Under the pieces are notes generated by a model. It searched no databases. It had not been told where the DNA came from and saw only the letters and a list, made by a program, of their open reading frames with translations. A stretch of DNA of 19,006 bases. It comes from a virus. Taxonomy: Duplodnaviria; Heunggongvirae; Uroviricota; Caudoviricetes. The stretch covers positions 1-19,006 of IMG/VR virus record IMGVR_UViG_3300029571_000007, one strand, 5' to 3'. Positions 1-7,548 of this stretch are shown here, piece after piece (the stretch's first letter is position 1; the number at the start of each line of letters is the position of its first letter). Both the position numbers and the translations under genes were made by a program.

Positions 1-458
1 TCACTTAGAGGATGGGTATGTCGTTGGGGATTGCTCTCTTATATAGTTATTCTCTATATATGACCTTTCATTTCTATATATGGTCAACATTAAAAATGTA
101 GAGTACCGTCCTGCTCGTTGCCCGTTATTAATGATACTTAGACACCTATCAAGTCTCCTCGATATTTTCATATATCCACATATACAATTTTTTCTGCTTT
201 CGCAACCTCATCCAATATAACCATATGGATTACGGTTTGTTATGTGATCCGTGGGTAGTTTGTTAAGCTACCAAGCATTCAAGCATTTACTCCTCCATGT
301 AATAGTTTATACTCCGCTAAAGTGTTTGCAGAGTTTTTATTAAGAATCCCATGTATCCATAGATTTGATTGTAACGCCATTATGTTATTCTCTTATCTAT
401 GATTGACCAACTAAAAACTGTTGGAGAGAGTTTTTATATAAGGTTTGAAAACCCAATC
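1..458 (-). ncRNA. Group I intron 2 in the tape measure gene (5' part; 3' end lies outside the window)
   Basis: Minus-strand core pairings. P1: exon UUUAUUAAGAAUUUU (473-459) with GGGAUUCUUAAUAAA (350-336), ending in U.G pairs. P2: ACUCUGC/GCGGAGU. P3: UGGAGGA (297-291)/UCCUCUA (12-6). J3/4 AAA. P4: UGCUUG (285-280)/CGAGCA (117-112). P5: UGCUUG (277-272)/CGGGCA (124-119). P6: GGA/UCC. J6/7-P7: CCA-ACGACAUAC (about 27-16). The exact 5' splice site (after 461, 460 or 459) is uncertain. Confidence 0.8.
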
Positions 459-1094
459 AAAATTCTTAATAAATTTAAAGATACCTGTACCAGCACCACC
501 GATACCGATAACAGTTGGTAATACACCAAATTTGTCAATAAGTTGATCTAGTACATGGATTGCTCCTGTACCAAAATCAACTATACCCTTCAGAAAATCA
601 GAGCTTACCAAGTCAGACTCAAGTTCTTGAAGTCTATTCTGGAATTGTGCTACCTTGGCATCAAGAGATTCCATGTAAGAGTCAAGTTCCTTCATTGCCG
701 CTCCGTCTGCGTCAAGTGCAGAATTGTACACAGACTCTAACATTTCTGGGTTGAGCAGGATACTAGAAGCAATGTTGGATCTGTTCTTACCTGCAATAGC
801 CTCTACTAAAGCATTTGCTCGGTTTGTTCCAGCCTTTTTATCTTCTTCTTGAATCTCTTTATAGACCTTGGCGATGTCTAAAAGGATATCATATGTATTA
901 CGGAGATTTCCGTTAGCATCTAAAACATCTACACCTTGATATGCATTAGACGCAACAGCAGTATAATCTTTGATTATTTGCTGTGTTTTTGAACTGGTTT
1001 GTACAACAAAATCATCTACATCTTCGCCTAAAGAAGCTAATTCATCTTTCGCTTCTTCAGTTCCTGCGAGTCGCAGACTAATTGTACGAACACC
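459..1094 (-). CDS. Tape measure protein, exon 2 (about 212 codons, GVRTISLRL...FKFIKNF)
   Basis: Joining 3336 to 1094 is in frame and gives ...DVSKTAG|GVRTISLRLAGTEEAK, followed by typical TMP core motifs (GNLRNTYDILLDIAK, EAIAGKNRSN, SLDAKVAQF) and a hydrophobic segment. The listed ORF 411..1118 includes intron sequence at both ends. Confidence 0.88.
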
Positions 1095-1153
1095 CTTTAT
1101 GTTTGATACAAGTCGCAACTCTTGTATCAGATACTATTATATTATTCTCTTTT

Positions 1154-2725
1154 TTATGATACTTCTTGTAATATATTTAAGTCTAATAAGTTATCAAATA
1201 AAAAACATTCAATATTATTCTTTTCCCAATATGGAATACGAATTAATTGAATGTTTTGTTCTTTACAATATTCAGTTTTTATTTTGTCGTGGGATTGAAC
1301 TAATTCAAATGCTCTATTTAGTTCTTCGTCTGACATTTTACCATTCCAATTAACAGGCATATAGTGTTGTTCACCATCGTATTCTATGGCAACATTATAG
1401 TCATTAAGATAAAAATCAAATGGAAGAGTATTTATATCCTTGCAATCATCAAATCTTTTTTGACGTTCATATTTAAGCTGAAATTTATCCAATATTTTTC
1501 CTACATTGTTTTCAGAATTGGAAGCATTGCAATTTGGACAACCAAATCCAGTCATCAAGTTATATGCAAGCGGTGTCCATTCATGTCCACAAGTTCTACA
1601 TCTGCATTCAATTCGTTCACCAGCTAATGTGTATTCGCCTGTAATTTCAATATTTGGTAATTTCTCTTTTATAATTTCTTTAAATTCATCTGTAGTTCTA
1701 AAATATCCGTTACAATATCTACAACAACATTTTGAAGATTTTATATTATGAAATGGTACTTTTTGGATACCTTTATCAATATGATTTTTACACAAGAAAG
1801 ATATTACTGTATGCCCATTGACAACTTCTCTATCTTTATAAATATACCCATGAACATCTTCTACATAATATTTATATAAATCATCATCAATTAATTTTGT
1901 GCATCTATCATTTTCATACATACACATTGGACAACATAACGATTCTTTATATAGAAAAGAAGAAGGAGCTGCTTCAAATTCATAATTATGTTTTTTACAA
2001 TAAAACTTCATTTTTTCTTTAATATTTATATATTCAGACAATATATTAATATTAGGATTTATCTCATTGATTTTTGCATACACATCTTCCTTGTTTAACC
2101 CAAACTTTTCTCTGGCTTTCTCTAATTGGCATTCTTCACAATTGGTAGCACCTTTTAATAATGTATGTATTTGAATTTTCCATTTTGTATCATGTTTTTT
2201 ACAACGGCATAAAATTTTATTATTACTTCCTGTATATTCACCTAACACTTCAATTTCAGGGGATACTTCTAAAACTTCATTTATGATATCTTGGGTTGTT
2301 TTTCTACCTCTCGAATCCCATCGTTTTACATGTCCGCATATCTTACATCCATTACCATATAATAAACATGAAACAGTGCCATCCCATATGTGACCACATA
2401 CCTTACATTTACATTTTACCTTTGTGTTCCAATTCTTATACTCAGATAATATTTCAATATCTGGATTTATAATAGTCATTTCCTCTTTAAATGTCTCTTT
2501 TAATTTTGAATGATTACAATATTGACATGGCTTTTTATTCTTACCTATTTTTTCAACAGGAATCCATTGTACTCCTTTTTCTTTATGTTTATTACATAAA
2601 ATACAAGCACAACGTCTATTTTTACCGTTTACTTCTTTATTATCTATTCCAACTAAAATTAAATCTTTTTCATTACATAATTCTTTTAAATATTCTGTTG
2701 TATATTTCAATTTACTATCACCCAT
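1154..2725 (-). CDS. Intron-encoded homing endonuclease: six Cys/His Zn-binding repeats plus a C-terminal Vsr/DUF559-like (EDxHD-type) nuclease
   Basis: Repeats of the form INPxIEILxEY...CxCxx(C/H)...CxxC. C-terminal motif LPFDFYL...AIEYDGEQHY...HDKIKTEYC...LIRIPYW. RBS GAAAGGA upstream. Lies inside intron 1. Confidence 0.85.
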   Translation of the reverse strand: MGDSKLKYTTEYLKELCNEKDLILVGIDNKEVNGKNRRCACILCNKHKEKGVQWIPVEKIGKNKKPCQYCNHSKLKETFKEEMTIINPDIEILSEYKNWNTKVKCKCKVCGHIWDGTVSCLLYGNGCKICGHVKRWDSRGRKTTQDIINEVLEVSPEIEVLGEYTGSNNKILCRCKKHDTKWKIQIHTLLKGATNCEECQLEKAREKFGLNKEDVYAKINEINPNINILSEYINIKEKMKFYCKKHNYEFEAAPSSFLYKESLCCPMCMYENDRCTKLIDDDLYKYYVEDVHGYIYKDREVVNGHTVISFLCKNHIDKGIQKVPFHNIKSSKCCCRYCNGYFRTTDEFKEIIKEKLPNIEITGEYTLAGERIECRCRTCGHEWTPLAYNLMTGFGCPNCNASNSENNVGKILDKFQLKYERQKRFDDCKDINTLPFDFYLNDYNVAIEYDGEQHYMPVNWNGKMSDEELNRAFELVQSHDKIKTEYCKEQNIQLIRIPYWEKNNIECFLFDNLLDLNILQEVS

Positions 2726-2748
2726 ATATTATCTGTTCCTTTCTAATT

Positions 2749-2916
2749 TTACGCATAAAAAATCGCCAGTAGTTTAAATAACTCTGACGTTTTCGTATAC
2801 TTATATGTAGTTACTTCATTTATTTCTTTTACAAAAGATGGTTTAATACCATGTTGTAATAAATACTCCTTTTCAGGAGAAAATTGAGTTGAATACTCCT
2901 TATCGAATTTCTTCAT
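2749..2916 (-). CDS. Small 55-aa intron-borne hypothetical protein (MKKFDKEYSTQFSPEKEYLLQHGIKPSFVKEINEVTTYKYTKTSELFKLLAIFYA)
   Basis: Not in the ORF track (below its length cutoff). ATG at 2916 is preceded by GAGGAATAAAAGGA, TAA is at 2751-2749, and it ends just upstream of the endonuclease RBS. Confidence 0.7.
   Translation of the reverse strand: MKKFDKEYSTQFSPEKEYLLQHGIKPSFVKEINEVTTYKYTKTSELFKLLAIFYA
2757..2789 (-). terminator. Terminator-like hairpin inside intron 1, at the end of the 55-aa ORF
   Basis: CGUCAG-AGUU-loop-AACU-A-CUGGCG followed by AUUUUUU. Confidence 0.45.
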
Positions 2917-3335
2917 TCCTTTTATTCCTCATGTATAATAGTATCTCTCTACCTTTCGGAAGAGTAACAGATCATGTCTTATTCCCTTGCTATGCATTAG
3001 GGAACATACCTTTTCCATTTGACGGGTTCTCACCGACTTCATTTGCGATTAAGCCGTACTTCTTATGATTCAGATATTCAGGATTTCCACCTTTATTCAC
3101 AAGTCTGAATCTCCTCATCGGAGAATGATCGTTGAGCGTTTACCCTCGACTCAAGTACCGTATGGTCTACGGGATACGTTAGGGTACTTCGTTGCAAACA
3201 AGCCATTGTAATATCTCTAATTTTTGAATCCATCATATAGTAGTTTCCTCTATATTGTGGCATAGAGCTTTAGGCTGCCCTTGCAGTTAAATATGTTCTA
3301 TAAAATATATTTCTATATCTTTCAGGCAATGTTTC

Positions 3336-6275
3336 ACCTGCGGTTTTAGAAACGTCCTGTGTTATGGCATTACCAGCAGTAATAAGAGCTACACTTTCAG
3401 CAAGATCGTTGCCTTGAGTTTTTAATACAGCAGCCGAATCTTTCAATGCTGTTGAAAGTTCATTGGTACTGATACTATACTCGTTGCCGATTTTATCCAG
3501 GACATCAATAATTTCCATTTTGTCAAGCTCTTTATAAGCTTGTGACATTGCAACTAATGAATCCGTTGCTTCATCAATATTTTCAAATTCTGATACATTT
3601 AATAAAACTGTTGCATCTTTTGCCGATTCCTTGGCTTCATCTAATGACTCACCAAGACGCATCCATGTTGCTGTGGCATCCTGTAATGCGAGAGCAGTAG
3701 TACCAACCGAGTCAGCGGTAGAAAAACTTTCTTTCTGAAAATTCTTTAATGACTGTGCAGATTCATTTGACACTTTACGCATTTCGGTATATGCAGTATC
3801 TAATTCTCTAACAGTAGAAGCAACCTGTTTCAATCCATTAATAACATCATAAACACCAAACATTCCTGCCATCTGAGCAGCAATCTGATGGAATCCGCTA
3901 TTCTTTAAAGTGTCAAAGAAACTTTTACCAGCACGACCAGCTTCGACTTCAGCATTATAAATCTTCATGATTTCGCCATGAATTCTATCCAAACTCATGC
4001 TAGGATTACCACTTTCAATTTCTGCATAGTAAGATTTAATCTTAGCTTTTGCTTCAGAAGACATTTTACTATTTTCATTGAGAAGCTTGTGAATCTTGTC
4101 TAATTCTTTCTGAGCCGATACAAAGTTATATCCCTTCTCAGAAGCCGACATATTAGTAACAGTAGCGATAGTATCTTTTATTTTCTTTTCATACTTATCT
4201 AAGTTCTGAATATCCTCATCACTAGCGATACCATTTTGATTAGTCTTTATATTGTCCAGAAGAGTTGCGTACTGTTTAACCGCATCATGTACAGCTTGCA
4301 CATTTTTTAAATATGTATCACTTGTCCAACCACCATCATTAAACCTTGCAATAGTGGCTTGATATTTATCAACCTTACCATTGTAAGAATCTAACTGTTT
4401 ATCATATTTATTAAGGTTTACATTGGCATTCTGTTCTTTTTGAGCGTTTGCAAGTTTTTCGGTTTCATCAACTACTTCTTTGACATTACTTTTGACACTC
4501 TTTAACGCAACGCTTGTTTTTTCGGCAGAATTAGATGTAGCTTTACCAAAGTTATCAATGGCATCTTGTGCAGATTTAAAGGTCTGAGTAACAGAAGAAC
4601 CTGCGTTCTCAACATCTGTCAACTTTTTAGTAATGGTTACAAATTCACTACTATCAACCTTGATAGAATACTCATCACCAAGATTTAAACTATTCTTGAT
4701 TTTCTGAGCCTTATCTAAGGTTTCTTGATATGTAAGAGCAGGAGCAGTTTCACGACCAAAATTCTGTAATGCCGTTTCTAATTTATCTACACCATTTGTT
4801 ACAGTCTTAAAACGCTGTTCAAAAATATTACCATCAGCATCGACTTTTGCGGAAAACGATTTCCATGCGCCATCAGCATCTTTTATTTTTGCACTTACCT
4901 TTACAAGACCATCAACAAGCTCTGTGTTTACAGTTTCACCAAGAATTGTATATCCAGAATTTGATAATTTTTCATTAATTCTATTAGGAGAGTAATTTAA
5001 GAAATCTTCTTCAGATATTTTCCTTCGTTTTGCGTATCTATCCTTTTTAGGTGGATTAGGTGGGTTTGTATTTCCAGATGAAATATTCGATTCTTGTGGA
5101 GTAGAGGAGAGGTTGGATTTCATTTCTGCAAATTCACTGTTAAGTTCTTTTACAGATTCCTTTGTCTTTTCAACATCATCTCGTACATTTTCAAAACCAT
5201 TCGATTCAATAGAAGAAATTCTATCTTTTACATCACCAAGTTCAGTTTTTACCTCTTGAATATCAGATTTTAACTCTTCAATTTGAGAATTATTTGAATT
5301 AGAAGTATTAGAAACTGTTTCCTTTTGAGCTTCTGCTAATTTCTGTTCTGCTTCAGCAGTAGCAATAGCCTGTGTCTCTTCTTGTTTTAATGATTCAATA
5401 TATTTTTTATTTTCGGCAATAGCATCTTCTTTTGCAAAGTCAAGATACATATTTGCAAGGTCTTTATCCGAATTGATATCTTCGCTTGAATATCCAAATA
5501 ATTCTGCATCTTTTGCTCTGCTTTCTGCAACTTCTAACATCCTAACATATTCTTCAATGTTTTTTGTGATTTCAGGTGTAATTGGCGCATCGCCTAAATT
5601 AGCCTTCACTTTAGAATAAGCAGAATTAAATTTCAAAAGCCGATTCTCTAGTGATGTGATTTCTGCAATTAAATTACTTTCATCTGCATTACCATACTTT
5701 TGAAAATTTTCAAAGTCTTTAATTCTATTTCCTACGATTCTCTCTTTACTGAAAAATGAATCGTTTACATCAAAATCAATAGTTACTTTTTCTAATTTAC
5801 TTTGTGCGACACCTTTTCGCAATGCTTCTTCATAGGCTTTGTAGTACGCATAACCAGCCTTTGCACCTGCATTGGTAGCCATTGCTTCTTCATTACCATA
5901 ATAGTCTTTAAAAGCATCTGCATATTTTTTTAACTGGTTATAAGCATCTGTCTTATTTTTGGTATTAAATGATAAGTCAATTCCTTTTGATAAACTAATA
6001 ATCTCATTAATCTTATTCTCTAATTTATCAAATGTCTGTAGCTGTTCTTTTAATCCAGAATTACCAAACTCGAATGTGAACTTGTCTAATTTGAGTTTCT
6101 GCAATTCCTTAATTTTATCAATTACTTTATCATCTTTTGCATCTAATTGAATTGTGATTTTTTGTTTACCAGCTTTATTACTAATACCATCGAATACACC
6201 ATTTGTTTCCTTTTCAAATTGTGCAAGACTAGCTCTATAATCAAAACCAATCTTAATAATATCTGAATTAGCCAT
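3336..6275 (-). CDS. Tape measure protein, exon 1 (980 codons)
   Basis: Long coiled-coil ORF with TP901-type core motifs (VRELDTAYTEMRKVS, ATATWMRLGES, VLLNVSEF, DKIGNEYSIST). RBS GAAAGGATGTG. The last 21 residues of the listed ORF (3270-3335) are intron read-through. Confidence 0.9.
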
Positions 6276-6290
6276 TTATTCACATCCTTT

Positions 6291-6713
6291 CTAAACTGTA
6301 CAACGCTTTCTATATTCATCCTTTAACCGTTCATGATATTTATGTATTTCTCTATACACACTGAAACTAGCAGGAATGTTATACCAACCATGATAAGTAC
6401 CTTTCGGATTGTAAATAAATTCCGATATAAGATCTGAAGGTGTAATTTGGTCATAGTTATCAAACATTCTTTCAGGTGTTACTTCAACGCCACCATAAAA
6501 AATAGTACCGTGGCTATTTTTATAAAATTTGTTATAAGACCTGTATAAGTTATGTGTTCTTACATACTGTTGTGGTGTGTAATCGCTATAATATAAATCA
6601 ATAAACGACACATAACCATCTGTTAATCTCTGTTGAGCTTCGTGTGCCAATTCGGAAGCTTTTTTCTGAGCCTGTTTCTCCAAATATTTAATAGTGTCTT
6701 TATTTAGTCCCAA
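6291..6713 (-). CDS. Phage hypothetical protein preceding the TMP (possible virion or neck protein)
   Basis: GGAGGTGA SD places the start at TTG 6713. The YYSDYTPQQYVRTHNL motif and position upstream of the TMP fit a morphogenesis gene. Confidence 0.6.
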   Translation of the reverse strand: MGLNKDTIKYLEKQAQKKASELAHEAQQRLTDGYVSFIDLYYSDYTPQQYVRTHNLYRSYNKFYKNSHGTIFYGGVEVTPERMFDNYDQITPSDLISEFIYNPKGTYHGWYNIPASFSVYREIHKYHERLKDEYRKRCTV

Positions 6714-6760
6714 TCTAATCACCTCCAAAAATTTCACTATAATTTCACTATTTTTACACT

Positions 6761-6826
6761 AAAATAGGAGAGCAGTATAACCACTCTCCATAAGAAAAGC
6801 TCTATACGCTATGACACGTATAGAGC
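6761..6826 (-). terminator. Tandem hairpins: GCUCUAUACG/CGUAUAGAGC plus UUUUCUU, then GGAGAGUGG/CUGCUCUCC plus UAUUUU
   Basis: Inverted repeats at 6799-6826 and 6767-6789, each with a U-rich tail on the minus strand. Confidence 0.6.
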
Positions 6827-6864
6827 CTAAAATTAAATTATTACTTTTTATTTTATTGTATTTA

Positions 6865-6873
6865 TGATATAAT
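6865..6873 (+). promoter_or_regulatory. Extended -10 promoter (TGnTATAAT) upstream of the small peptide ORF
   Basis: TGATATAAT, 46 nt upstream of ATG 6920, with an AT-rich upstream region. Confidence 0.55.
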
Positions 6874-6919
6874 CATACTAACATCTGTGGTAAGTATAGG
6901 TAGATAAGGAGAAACTGAA

Positions 6920-7006
6920 ATGGAGTTTGCGTGTTCATTAGTTTCTGCCTGTGTTGTAGTCTTAGGATTTGCATATACAGTCTACAGAGACAATAAGAAA
7001 AAGTAA
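6920..7006 (+). CDS. 28-aa hydrophobic peptide, type I toxin-like (MEFACSLVSACVVVLGFAYTVYRDNKKK)
   Basis: SD AAGGAG at 6906-6911, one TM-like stretch and a basic KKK tail. It has its own promoter and is antisense to the late operon. Confidence 0.65.
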   Translation: MEFACSLVSACVVVLGFAYTVYRDNKKK

Positions 7007-7173
7007 TATGGTTTAAATATATTACAAAAATACAAGTACCTACTTGAATTGTGAATTTGATAGAACGTGAAGAAGATTAGCCACCTTCTTCTACACAAAA
7101 CTATAATTATAAACCCTATATTTACATAGGTTCTTGAGGTATAATAAAACAAGTAGAGAAAGTATTTTCTTTC

Positions 7174-7202
7174 TTGACAACACTACATATAGTGTATATA
7201 AT
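7174..7202 (+). promoter_or_regulatory. Consensus sigma70/SigA promoter TTGACA-N17-TATAAT with an NrdR-box-like palindrome (ACACTACATATAGTGT, 7180-7195) in the spacer
   Basis: Exact consensus hexamers with a 17-nt spacer. The palindrome fits the NrdR consensus acaCwAtATaTwGtgt. Confidence 0.8.
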
Positions 7203-7208
7203 TGGATT

Positions 7209-7370
7209 CAGAACAAGCAAACAAAATCCATTACATTTTATCCTATCTAAAAAGACATTGCAATTTGGCTAATTGTAACTTCTTAAATAAATAACATTTA
7301 TCTATTTACCAAAGAAGGGTTATGTTTATGGAAGGGAAATAGCATCGTAGAAATACGGTGCTATTTTTCT
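7209..7370 (+). ncRNA. Putative ~160-nt small RNA
   Basis: Lies between the consensus promoter and a plus-oriented intrinsic terminator and contains no credible ORF. Confidence 0.55.
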
Positions 7371-7373
7371 TTT
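7337..7373 (+). terminator. Intrinsic terminator UAGCAUCGUA-GAAA-UACGGUGCUA-UUUUU
   Basis: 10-bp stem, GNRA loop and U tract. The U.G pair works only on the plus strand (A.C on minus). Confidence 0.8.
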
Positions 7374-7374
7374 A

Positions 7375-7548
7375 TTAATTATGTATTATTCCATATATCA
7401 TACCAACTAATCCAAACACAAAATAGTAATGTGCAATAGTTAATACAAATGGAATAATTGGTTGCAACACTTCAATACAAATTTCATCTACATTGAATAA
7501 GGTAAGAATCCATCCGCATAGAAGTCCGTATAATATTCCACCTATCAT
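7375..7548 (-). CDS. 57-aa membrane protein with two hydrophobic segments (MIGGILYGLLCGWILTLF...FGLVGMIYGIIHN)
   Basis: Not in the ORF track. The start overlaps the upstream stop (TAATG), which indicates translational coupling. Confidence 0.7.
   Translation of the reverse strand: MIGGILYGLLCGWILTLFNVDEICIEVLQPIIPFVLTIAHYYFVFGLVGMIYGIIHN

Larger units (their letters stand above)
1095..3335 (-). mobile_element. Group I intron 1 (IA2-like, 2241 nt) in the tape measure gene, carrying two ORFs
   Basis: P1: exon CAGGU with IGS GCCUG (3327-3323), U.G at the splice site. P10: AACAUU (3333-3328) with exon 2 GGUGUU. Terminal G at 1095. P3: GAACAUAU (3298-3291)/GUAUGUUC (3009-3002). P4: UGCAAG/UUUGCA. 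P6a: UACCCU/AGGGUA. R element UCAACGAUCAU and S element AAGACAUGAUCU form P7 GAUCAU/AUGAUC. P7.1/7.2-type hairpins, P8 UUCCCU/AGGGAA, P9 with GAAA loop, and a terminal hairpin at 1104-1129. Confidence 0.93.

Noticed and set aside
263..297. SD (GGAGG) plus ATG mini-ORF MLECLVA inside intron 2
   Set aside because: Only 7 codons, and the sequence is explained by P3-J3/4-P4-P5 pairing.
411..1118. Stand-alone 235-aa gene starting at TTG 1118
   Set aside because: The start lies in the intron's terminal hairpin with no SD. The sequence continues the TMP in frame after splicing.
555..2772. Plus-strand ORFs 555..740, 560..754, 970..1353, 1364..1627, 1506..1751 and 2491..2772
   Set aside because: Shadow frames antisense to the TMP exon or endonuclease, with no RBS and implausible composition.
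3245..3261. NrdR-box-like CCACAATATAGAG in intron 1
   Set aside because: Only a half match, no promoter context, and it forms part of the P5 extension hairpin.
1095..3335. Intein, frameshift, group II intron or IS element as the explanation for the TMP break
   Set aside because: There is an in-frame stop and a non-coding structured region, no reverse transcriptase or transposase, and all group I hallmarks are present. The 13-bp inverted repeat is internal to the intron and fits an RNA stem, not IS ends.
7322..7342. Mini-ORF MFMEGK in the putative sRNA
   Set aside because: Six codons running into the terminator stem, with no further support.
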